A stretch of DNA of 64,000 nt from Octopus bimaculoides (Eukaryota): assembly GCF_001194135.2 (NCBI RefSeq), contig NC_068982.1, forward strand, positions 75,757,102 through 75,821,101. Direction: 5' to 3'. Below the pieces are notes generated by a model. That model ran no database searches. It worked only from the letters and a program-made list of their open reading frames with translations, and was not told the DNA's origin. Numbering within the stretch: the stretch's first letter is position 1; every line of letters begins with the position of its first letter. Positions 27,657 to 38,268 of this stretch are shown here, in pieces. The translations under genes were made by a program, and so were the position numbers.

Positions 27657-29475
27657 CCATTTAGTGTTTAGACTGGCCATAACCAGCCAAAAATTATGCC
27701 CTTTTATTTGTTTGAACTGGCCAAATCCAACCATATCTGATTTCTCTATGAAATCACTTAAAAAATTAATCACATTATTGAATTCTTGTAGCTTTGAGAT
27801 AATGAGAGATAAGCCTTTCCTGCCTTTATTCAAGTAAAAATATGGTGAAATTTTTGAGACTTTTTTTTCTTTTTTCTTTTTTCAATATTTGAAAAGAAGT
27901 ATATATCTTACTTTTTAACAATATGGTGTCAACAAGTAGCAATTCCGACTTCAAAGGTTTTACTCTTGATGATGTACAAAATATAAATGAAAACAACAGT
28001 GATTTGTCTTAAGACAAATCATACTGACATTTATGAATCTTCGTCGGATGAGGAAGATTTTGATAACGGAAGTGATAAAAATGATATTGTAAACATTCTG
28101 GCAACATGGTTGAAGATTACTATATCAACCAGAATTCCAGATTTCACAGAAAGACTAGTTCACAATACAGTCTACCTCCTGATGCTCAACCACTGGACTA
28201 TTTATTTTTATTGAAAAGTTTTTTTGAAACCGTCAAGAAGGAAACAAATGTTCAATGCATAATTTCTATTCGTGAAAGACCCAATCCACTATGTCAGCTA
28301 ACTGATACTGCAGAATTGCGAGCTTCTTTTACTATAAATATTATGCTTGGTACTAAGCAGCTTCCTCAACTGTGGAACTGCTGAAATCCTGATATAAAGT
28401 ATGGTGATCCATATATCTCCAGCATGTCTAACTATAATTAATTTATGTATTGTTTATGTAAAAAGCCATAAGGTACCTCTGCCACCAAAGGACTGCGGCC
28501 ATTTGAAATTTCAGGTTGACATTGAAAATCAGTAACATGAGTGCTTTTCTTCTAGAAAGCACAGAATGGAGGGAAAAGCAAAATTAACTGAGGTGGATGT
28601 CAAAAGAGAAAATATTGATTTCTGTAAAGCAGAAAAAATAAATGGAAGGAAAAAGTTTGCAGACTGTGTTTGCTGCAAAACAGAAAAACTGCAAAAGGAT
28701 ATCGGGTTGAAACCTCATATATGTGTTCATTTTGCAAAGTGCTCTTGTGTAAAGGATGCTTTGAACAGTTTTATGATAGAAATATGGCACACAACTATAT
28801 TTTGTTGTTTGACAGTAATACTATCATATATTCCTTTCATTTTATTACAAATAATATGTGAAAGTGATAAATGCATATTAATTTTCAGTATGTTACACAC
28901 TGTATTTACCTTTACCTCACCTGTTAATGAGCTTTTTTTTATTAGATACATTGTGTGATGTAAATGTATTCATTAAATTGTATAAGAGTACATAGCCAAT
29001 GGTATATTGACTAGTAAATGAGTTCTGTACTTTATTTTTAATAATTATGCTTGAATGAAATATAGAGAAAGAAAAAAATCTTGTACCGATTATACCTGTA
29101 TTTTAATTCAAATTAATGTACCTCATCTTGAAAAGTTGCATGATTGTTGGCAGTTGACATCTGGGGTAATTTTACTAACAAATTAAACAGGTAAGATGCA
29201 TTAAGGATTTCAGTTTAGTGTTTATCCATAAGGTTGTTGCTTTTACACCTGTTAATTAAATTTACCTGCCCATAAAAGTCAAATTTAATCAGCAAGATCA
29301 GCTAAAATTACATAACTATAAACCACTGGTATATAAACACCCACTGACAAAATTTCAAATCTCTATGTAAAAAGTTTAAGTTACAAGCAAATATTGTGAA
29401 CCTCTTGAACCTGAATAATTCAAAATAATGTGAACAAATAAGCATTACATTTGAGATTATCTGAACACTAAAAGG
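27657..29475 (+). mobile_element. Internally deleted piggyBac transposon (PGBD-like N-terminus and C-terminal Cys-rich domain, catalytic core missing)
   Basis: TTAA at 27653-27656 and 29476-29479; TIRs CCATTTAGTGTTTTAGA / CCTTTTAGTGTTCAGA. Peptides LPPDAQPLDY...FFETVKKETN...ELRASFTINIMLG and DCVCC / RVETSYMCSFCKVLLCKGCF. Confidence 0.88.
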
Positions 29476-32400
29476 TTAAGGTATAATTGTCACATCTCAA
29501 TGTCTTTTCAAACTGTCCTTAAATATATGTTCTTATGGCAAAACATCTATGACTGAGTTTAAATCTCACCATGGTTGACACTGACTTTATCCACCCTAGA
29601 GTAAACAAATCATTAATCAGTATTGAAGTTCACTGCTATCAAAATGTTTAGCATTTTTTAAAAACTTGTGAGGTTTAAAGGAGCAGAGTCTAATTAGCTT
29701 TGAAGGCCCTCAAATATCAATGAGATTGATGCCAGACATATAAGCAAGATAATTCCAGATAGCCAATGTTCTGGGGAAGGGCTGGACATAGTGATTAGTG
29801 TGAGACCTGGTGAGAGGGGGGGGGGTAAATAAAACAAGGGTGACAGGAGAAGAGAGGAGTAAGATGAGAATGCCTGAATGGAGGCAGCATGAGCCAAACC
29901 AGTTCCAAAGAGCTAATATTGGAAATCAATTTTATTATCACTAGTCCATTGAAGTCAAGGCAGTTGTACACTAGCTGTTTTATATTATTAAATTTAGAAT
30001 CTTTTATCTTGTTTCAGTCATTGACTGCAACCAAGCTAGGGCACTGCTTTAAAGGGTTTAGTTGAATAAATTCACCCCTAGTATTTATTCAAGTTTGGTA
30101 CTCGTTCTGTTTGATCTCTTTTGTTGATTTATAAAACAAGCCTAGGCCAGCCATCAAACACTGGTGGGAGACAAAAGCAAACCAAAACAAGCACACACAT
30201 ATGCATGCATGCATGCATGCATGCACACACACACACACACACACAATGAGTTTTCAGAGTTTCTCTCTACCAAATTCACTCACAAGGCATTATCTGGTCT
30301 AGATGACATTTGCCCAGGGTACCGTGCAGTTGGACAGGACTGAACCTTGAACCATGTGGTTGCTAAGTGAGCTTCTTAACCACGTGACATTTTTTTAATT
30401 TTAACTAGAACTGTTGAAGTCAATATCCAAGAACTTCAACTCCAGCTCATCATTTCATGGTACTACCTCTATTTGTAATTAGAATAATAATTTATTGAAA
30501 ACACAACATAGGTAATTTTGTGTTGAATTTTTTTGATGTTATTGAAGAAGTTAAGAAAGAATAAGTAGTAAATGAAGCTTAAAATTTTTTTTAAAAAAGG
30601 TTGTTTTTATCAAAGGATATAAAAGAAATAAATAATAAAAATACTGTAGAAGAAAATCAAGAATACCTTTCTTTACTAAATCCAAAGTATATCAAAATTA
30701 AAACAAAGACTGAAAATCTAAAACAAATGAAAAAATGACCATTCAATTAGACACACATTTTATTTTCAATTTTAAAGCATTATTTGAATATAAAATTTAA
30801 GTGAATGTAACATGAAAGAGTCCATTAAATGAATTAAAAAATTATTCTATTGTAAAATACTGGGAAGCTTTTCCAGAAAAAAATATTATAGAAATACAGC
30901 TATGGGTAGTGGGGTTAAAATAGAAATCCAAATCCCAAATTTACTAACAACTTGTTTTCAGAAAAAAAACTGTTTGTACCAGACTTTCATTCAGTAAAGA
31001 CATAGACATGAAATGTTTTGATTTCTTTTTTTAAGTGGGGAGAGGGGGGGGGGGTAGAGTCAAATCAGTATCTATGAAGTTGGAAATTTTAATATCATAT
31101 AATTTAATAGTTAAAGTTGGTACATTATCAACTCCAACACCAGTAACCTAATATTTGTTTTTGACTAACACCACCTGTTTCAAATCCTGCTGAGTCTACC
31201 ATTAATGACGAAGAGCTCATTAAGCAAAATAGAATTTATATAATGAGTCAAATTTATCTATTATATAATACCCAAATGTTACATAAGAAATTAATATTAC
31301 AGAACAATATTCATATCAAAAGCATTCTTGAAACAAAGTCTTCAGAATATCAGACATGATTCAAAATTAAAATATAGGAACAACAATAATTACCTACCCA
31401 CAATTAGACTATTGAGAATGAGCAGACAAAAGTTTGTGTATATATCATCATCCTTTAATGTCCGTTTATACACACACACACACACATAAATAAATAATAG
31501 ATCTTAAAAATAAATGAAACATTTGGAAATATTCAGTGAAATTGTGTGTCTTCCTTCATAATGTATCGTATGGTAAAGGAAACACAGCCAACTGTCTAAC
31601 CACTACCACTAATGCAACCAACCTCTAAGGAGTTTCGGAAATTTGTAATCTACTTTTTTTTTTATTTCTTTATTTATTATAAATAAACTTCCATAGTCTT
31701 GTCACTCAACAGAAGACACATAATTAACTATATCAACTGGAGGCATTCAGATGAAAAAGTAAACTTATTTCAGCTCTGATAATTGGTATGCAAGATTTTT
31801 ATGTGATAAAAATACCTGTCTGCCAACAGTTGTTATACAAATGATATTTGAAGCAGATAAGTTTTTCCCATCATTTAATGAACAACACATTCTGGAAGCA
31901 AGAGAACAGGTTCAGTTTTAGTTTACAGCAAGAAATTTCATGTCAGTCCTGTTAGCTACAGTAACATCAAAACAAGAAACTATGAATTTTATTGAAGAAA
32001 ATTGTTTATTTACAGAAGGTTTGACAGTCTTGTTTCAGAGCATAAATCTTTATTGGAATGAAAAGCAATGCTAACATAGGAAATATTTCAACAGACAAAT
32101 TTATCACTGGCAAGTATCAGTTCTTATGTTCTTATATTTGTAATCCAACCACTTTCAACCCACAAATTCTTAACTTATGTGAACTTTTAAATTGCAAAAC
32201 GATTTTGTTACACTGATAAAAAAAAATTTGAAAAAATTTATTCATGAGTGCATGGAGAACAATGTGAATCCAACAATAATGTATCTATTCATTCTTAATA
32301 TGTTCCGGCAGATTTGAATATGAATATCTGATTGATGTTGTTGATGATCATTGAAGAATGCTTTTCCATTTAGATGCTGTGCATTCACAGCTCGATTCAC

Positions 32401-34246
32401 TGATATAGCAAATTGCATGTATTATAAATGCACATTGTCAAAAGGAACAAGCTTTGATGATGGTAAACAACAGCCATCAGATATTTACATTTGAATCTTC
32501 ATTCACAAGGCTTAGGTTGGCCCCAAGTTGTAGCAGAAGATACTTGCCCAAGTGGGACTGAACCTGAAACTATGTGGTTGGGAAGTAAACTTCTGAACAC
32601 ATTCACACTTACACCTAGATACATTGCTCAAAAGATTTTCAGTTTTAAGTATAATTTTGATACTTCCAGAAATACATCTATTTACCTTAATCTAAGTAGC
32701 TTTTTTATATTTTTTAACACTAATCATGTAATTGTAGAATGTTACCTTCCATCATAGTACACTGCCACTTAAAATGTTAGCCCCACCCAAACAGTAAGAC
32801 TCAGCATCATTTCATGGCACACCTACATACACTTCTGATTGTTATCTCCAATCCACTTTATGCTGTCACACCCTTACCAGCCTATTTAAGTGACTGCATT
32901 TATTTACTACTTAAAAATAAGAATCTAACTTTATCTACCAATCTGATACAAAGGAACAAAATGCCCAGGCTGATATCAGTATAATCAACCAATTTGAATG
33001 GAAACAAAACATAATTCTAATACACTATGCTCTGACTTCATTATTTACAGTATTTATTCATGTATAATATATATATTTTTCCCCAGATTTTTAAATATAG
33101 GCGTGTGCACTGTACATGTAAACTAAATGATACACATTTCCCACTGTTTCAAGAGTGTGGCCACATGCAGTACAGTGGAAGTTAATTAACACCTACTGTT
33201 CAAGCTAATGAAGAATTAAAAATCACTGTCTTACATTTTCTATGATAGCGATAAAACCATATATACTTACTAGCTGAATTGATTTGATTTGTTGGAGCCG
33301 TTTGAGAATGCATTGGAAACAGACAGAGAAACAAAGAATTTTATATATATATAGCAGGGTGTATGAAACAATAGAGTATGAAAAACTGCTTGCAACTTAT
33401 CAAGCAAATGTTGATCTGGGTTTAAAATTCACAGTATACATAAACACATACTCCATTCCCTACCTACTAGACACACAAATGAAATGATGAAGTACTATAG
33501 AGCAGGTTGATCATGTCAGTATGCAATTTACATGAATACTGGTATTGGAGATAACAAACAATAATGCCACACTCAAAAACAGACACCATTGATTGTGGAG
33601 AATTTGATTTTGCTACAAAACAAAGTCATCTGTGATGATACAAATATTATATTGCTCACTAGCAGAAATACCCATTGTTGACTGGGTTCAGCAAGAGTCT
33701 CCAAAAATTATACCTTGGTTTATGAAAGTTACTGCTTCGATATTACTGAATGTTTTGTAGCGGAATATCTGCAAGCCCTTATTGCCAGGTTCTGGCCCAA
33801 AAAGTTATAATATTTTAATAACGGGTCTGCTGATAGTCAGTCTCTTCAGCTCTTTCTCTTTTCCTACGCTGAGATTGCTTAGGTAGTCCAAATCTAATTT
33901 ATTTCGGAGGCATTGTCGTAGGGTGAATTAATCTATAAGACAAGGGACTTAACTCATGTTAGCAAACTTACGGATTTCACTGACTTGAAAATTGGTAAAA
34001 GTCATGGTTGAAAAGCTATTTTTACTATCCAAGGGTGCCTCAAGAAAAATAAGTTGACAAAAGCACAGCCATGGTCGTGACCAATATCCTCCTAAAATTG
34101 GAGCAACATGCATGCTAATTTGTGGATATGCATAAAGTACATTCACGTACACACACACATCCTGCCTTTTATAGATATAGATATTTGTCTCAACTGTTCA
34201 CCTGTAAACTGAAAGATTTGTTGACAGATAAGATGAAAAAAATTCA

Positions 34247-35114
34247 CTGTATTTCTGAGAGAAAAGGGAAACTAGAAACAAAACTGAGCAATAAAAGGGG
34301 TAATTTTTTTGTTTTTGAAATCAAGTTATGACACTGACTTTAAGTTCTGTGTTATTGAATATGCTGAAGAGCATGGAAATAGAGGGAAAAAGAGAGAGAG
34401 AACTTTGAGCACTGGAAAACTTACTGAGGGACTAATGGAGAAAAGAAACAGTCAAGAAAATGATAAAACAAAATGTGTTAAACTGTTTCTCCATATAAGA
34501 ACATGGATCAAGATTTATATACCTGGCGGTCTGTCACATGGTTATCAGATACAAGTAGATAGATCACACAAAGTCCTACATTTTAACTCCATACAAATGA
34601 GCTTCATGAACAGAGTTGGGGCCAGAATTATGCCAGCAAACCAGCAATAAATTTATAAATCGATTTTTAATGAGAGGTATTGAAATCAATTCAGAAATGT
34701 TTTTCATTCTAACCAATGTTTCAAAAATTTCTAAATTTCTATATACAAGATAGCACCGTGCTGTTAAACTGTGTACTAATCAGCTCTAAAAAGCATTGTA
34801 GAACCCTCCAAGAGATTGATGTTATTAGAAGTATAGTAGTTTTCAGTTTAAATATAGCTCAAATGTATGACCAGTATACAATATTTAAAAGAATATTTCA
34901 CTTTCGATCGAACTATACGCAGGTACAAGGAAAATCTATCCAATGTCAAAGTATCAAGTTCTATTCAACATGTTTTGCCAGGAACACGTGCTGACATGGA
35001 TATATAAAAGAAATAAAAACACTTTAATTGCATCAGTATATGCATATTTTTGTATTTTCTTCCAAAATTATGGTCCCTAAAATTGCAAGTAGCTCATCAA
35101 AACATAAAATATGG
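34247..35114 (+). mobile_element. Deleted pogo element with Brinker-type DNA-binding domain (POGK-like)
   Basis: ORF 34309-34650 begins SSYDTDFKFCVIEYAEEHGNR, matching the BrkDBD pattern SY.A.FKL.VIEYAE.HGNR. The ends CTGTATTT and (rc) CCATATTT both derive from CCGTATTT by CpG decay. TSD is imperfect, so boundaries are tentative. Confidence 0.62.
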
Positions 35115-35264
35115 AAACTATGAAGATTTGGAGGTTTGATATGATTTGTCTATTTTTCTTCAAATGGAAGGAACTGAAAGTAAGTACTTTTTCTTTTCAG
35201 CCAGCCGAAGGTAAGACAAAACTATTTTTTAATATATTTTCCTTTTCTGACTACCTCACCTTAT

Positions 35265-35298
<34 letters not shown>

Positions 35299-35751
35299 TA
35301 ATCATATAATATATTTATAGACAATTTCGACTTTATAATGACAATATATTTTTAGATATACTTACACATGCATACACACTTTCATGTGTACGTGTGCATG
35401 TATGTGTGTGTGTATATATATATGAATATATGAGTTACTCATTTGATATAATCTTTCCTTTTCTCTCCCATCCTTGCCTATATATTTGCCTCTCTCTCTG
35501 TCTTCCTGTAAAGTTTATGCCTGTGTGGATGTACATGTCTGCACATTCATAACTATACAACTCACCCTTCTTCTCTGTCTCATCTTTCCCCCTGTCTCTC
35601 TCTTTTTCCCTCTTTCCCTCCCTTTTTATTGCTCTACCCTCTCTCTCTCTCTCTGCTTCTCTTCAAGTTGATCTTGTCTCTCTCTCTTCCTATCTCTGTC
35701 TCTCTATTTTGCTCTCTCTTTCCCCCTCCCTCTCCTACATCCCTAGCAGAG

Positions 35752-36192
35752 ATGTCATGGAACTGGTCAACAAAAGAATTGCAGTTGTTTGTGAGAGCTT
35801 GGAAAGCTGCTGAAGGAGATCCCCCCCAAAAAAACATCATTGCAGCAGCACTTAGAAGTAATGGCTTTCCCAGAACCACAGCCCAAACAGAGAAGAAGAA
35901 ATGCAAATTCCTCCATTCCTATGTTCTAATTAGACAGCACATGGATACCTTTGACAACATCCTGGAAAACAGCTGCACCAAGGATGACAGGAAAGATAGA
36001 GAAAGCCTCCAGGACCCAGTGGTCTCTCAAAAGAATAAAACCAAAGCCACAACTGGGAGGCCTGCGAACAAGGGAAACAATGATACTGGCCCAGCTCCCA
36101 ACACATTAGAAGACCCCAGAGGGCCGAAAAAGGAAAAGACAAACACAAAACTGACAGAACAAAAGCTGTCAGAAGCAAAGAATGAGGAATAA
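35752..36192 (+). CDS. 146-aa ORF with an N-terminal Myb/SANT-like (trihelix, Myb_DNA-bind_4-type) domain and a charged low-complexity tail
   Basis: MSWNWSTKELQLFVRAW...IIAAALRSNGFPRTTAQTEKKKCKFLHSY...MDTFDNIL aligns by eye to W-S-x-x-E...W...IA..L...G..RT..QC..K...L...Y...F..MD.IL. It is preceded by a long polypyrimidine tract and ccctag/cag acceptors at 35746/35749. Confidence 0.55.
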   Translation: MSWNWSTKELQLFVRAWKAAEGDPPQKNIIAAALRSNGFPRTTAQTEKKKCKFLHSYVLIRQHMDTFDNILENSCTKDDRKDRESLQDPVVSQKNKTKATTGRPANKGNNDTGPAPNTLEDPRGPKKEKTNTKLTEQKLSEAKNEE

Positions 36193-36348
36193 ATATATAA
36201 AATATGGGGATTTAGTTCACAGGTGATCTAAACAACTAGGTATGCTAGTTAAGTGCTGTTACAGATTACCAAGGCTCCAAGGCTATAGCTGACATGGTAG
36301 TTATGGAGCCATTGTTGATTTCTGATATAGCAGATATATAATTGTTAA

Positions 36349-36765
36349 AGAGGACAACAAATGCTAAGGCAAGACAAACACCTCAAGTCATATCCATTAT
36401 TATTAATATTGGGAAAAATTCAAAGTCTTTCAGCTGTTTCTGGGGTATCCCAGAGTATGGGATATTCTGTCATCGGAGACAATAGGGAAAATGAGAAGGG
36501 TATCGATTAATGAAATGATGACAGAGGACAGGAGAAAAGGAATAATGAGATGAAGAAAGAAAAGAAAAAAGCATAAAAGTTCACAGTTCAACCTTCTGAT
36601 CATGTAGAAGCAAGTCCATAAGTCCTTAGGTATAATCTTGTGTAAATCCATGTAAATTAAAGTCCTGATATTGTCAATATCCAGAAATAGACGCAAACAT
36701 ATCAACGATCAATATAATGTATATGACTTGAGATGTTTGTCTTGCTTTAACGCTTGTTGTCCTCT
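36349..36765. mobile_element. MITE with ~60-bp TIRs and TTAA flanks (Kolobok-like)
   Basis: ttaa|AGAGGACAACAAATGCTAAGGCAAGACAAACACCTCAAGTCATAT on the left and its near-perfect reverse complement ending GTTGTCCTCT|ttaa on the right. Confidence 0.72.
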
Positions 36766-36770
36766 TTAAC

Positions 36771-36818
<48 letters not shown>

Positions 36819-37133
36819 GGAGAGAGAGAACTGAAAATATTCAGAAGACGGATACTCACGTATAAGGATATAGATATTTATATATTTACAGAATAAATTT
36901 ACATGGAGTACAAAAAATACAGAAAGCTAAGAGGAGAAGGCACGGTATTTCAGGTTCAATAGCTGTTTCTGGAGGCTTGGAATTATGTGACAGTTGTAAT
37001 GTTGGTAGATGGAGTGTACAAAAAGTCAAGGACATGCAACCAATAGTGGATGCATATAAACATTAACATAGTCGGCTTCTATCTTCATGGTGGAAAGATT
37101 GACAACTAGCTAGTTGCCTCTGTGTGTGTGTGG

Positions 37134-37172
<39 letters not shown>

Positions 37173-37274
37173 CGTGCGTGCGCACACATATATATAGGCA
37201 ACTAGCTAGTTGTACATGGAAATGAAAGAAACCCACTGTGTGTATATGTGTATCTTCTTATCGTGACATCACAT

Positions 37275-37460
37275 CATCATCATCATTTAACGTCTGCTTT
37301 CCATGCTAGCATGGGTTGGACGATTTGACTGAGGACTGGTGAACCAGATGGCTATACCAGGCTCCAATCTAATTTGGCAGAGTTTCTACAGCTGGATGCC
37401 CTTCCTAACGCCAACCACTCCAAGAGTGTAGTAGCTGTTTTTACATGCCACCGGCATGAA
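37275..37460 (-). mobile_element. RTE LINE 3' end (young copy)
   Basis: Nearly identical to 2150-2330; (CAT)n tail. Confidence 0.85.
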
Positions 37461-38075
37461 GGCCAGTCAGGCGACTGTCATACAAGCAGTGTCGTTCACT
37501 TCTAAAGTTCTGCTGTGGGAGAAATATTACCTCGCTTGGAAACAGGTATGGGTTGATGACACAAACAGTATCTGACCAGAGAAAATCTGCCTTAAATAAC
37601 TCCATCTGACCCAAGCAGGTGGACATTAAAACAAAGATGATATATCCATGTGTATTTATGTGAAGAAGGTCATATTTCCTCTGATCTTCATGTTTGCTCT
37701 CCATGTAAAATGCATCACTGTTTGTGTAAACAAATATAACACTGATCATACATATTGTCTTGTTTGCTTGCAGTCCACTATGAAGGCACATCCAATCTTC
37801 TTGACATGTTGTGCAATATTTATAAACAAAATGGTATTTTTTATTTCCAGTCCAGCGTGATTATGTCCAAGCTGTTCAGTATTTGATAGACTGTGGGATT
37901 ATTACCTTGCTTGGAAACCAGTGAGGGTTGGTGCCATGAAGGACATCCAACCATAGAAAACACTGCTCCAATGTAGTCCCATCTGATTCATGCGAACATG
38001 GAAAAGTATACTCTAAAATGATGACCATTATATATTACCTCCAATGTAAAAATCTCAGCATAACTAACTAAAAAA

Positions 38076-38268
38076 TCCTTTAGCATTCAGATTATTCTAT
38101 CAAATGTAATGTTTACTTATTCACATTGTTTTAAATCTTGTAGCTTTGAAATTTTGATGATGTGATTGTTTATTTTTAGGGTGACATTGTAGATCAGGTG
38201 TTTGAAGGCAGATCACAAGAACAGGTAGAATATTTGGGCTTGATATGACCAGTTTAAATGCTAAAGAG
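38076..38268. mobile_element. piggyBac-type MITE, second copy, opposite orientation to 18630-18849
   Basis: Starts TCCTTTAGCATTCAGA and ends AATGCTAAAGAG|TTAA; the interior matches the reverse complement of the 18630 copy. Confidence 0.8.

Noticed and set aside
30140-30147. GCCTAGGC as the partner TSD of the hAT ending at 24136
   Set aside because: It lies on the wrong side of the element and has no adjacent TIR.
33125-33185. miRNA-like hairpin
   Set aside because: The stem is only about 9 bp with a poorly paired interior, too short for a precursor.
33540-34100. Possible reverse-transcriptase motifs (GIIFGDS on minus, ICDDTNI on plus)
   Set aside because: The motifs are on opposite strands with wrong spacing and could be chance; no family assignment is supportable.
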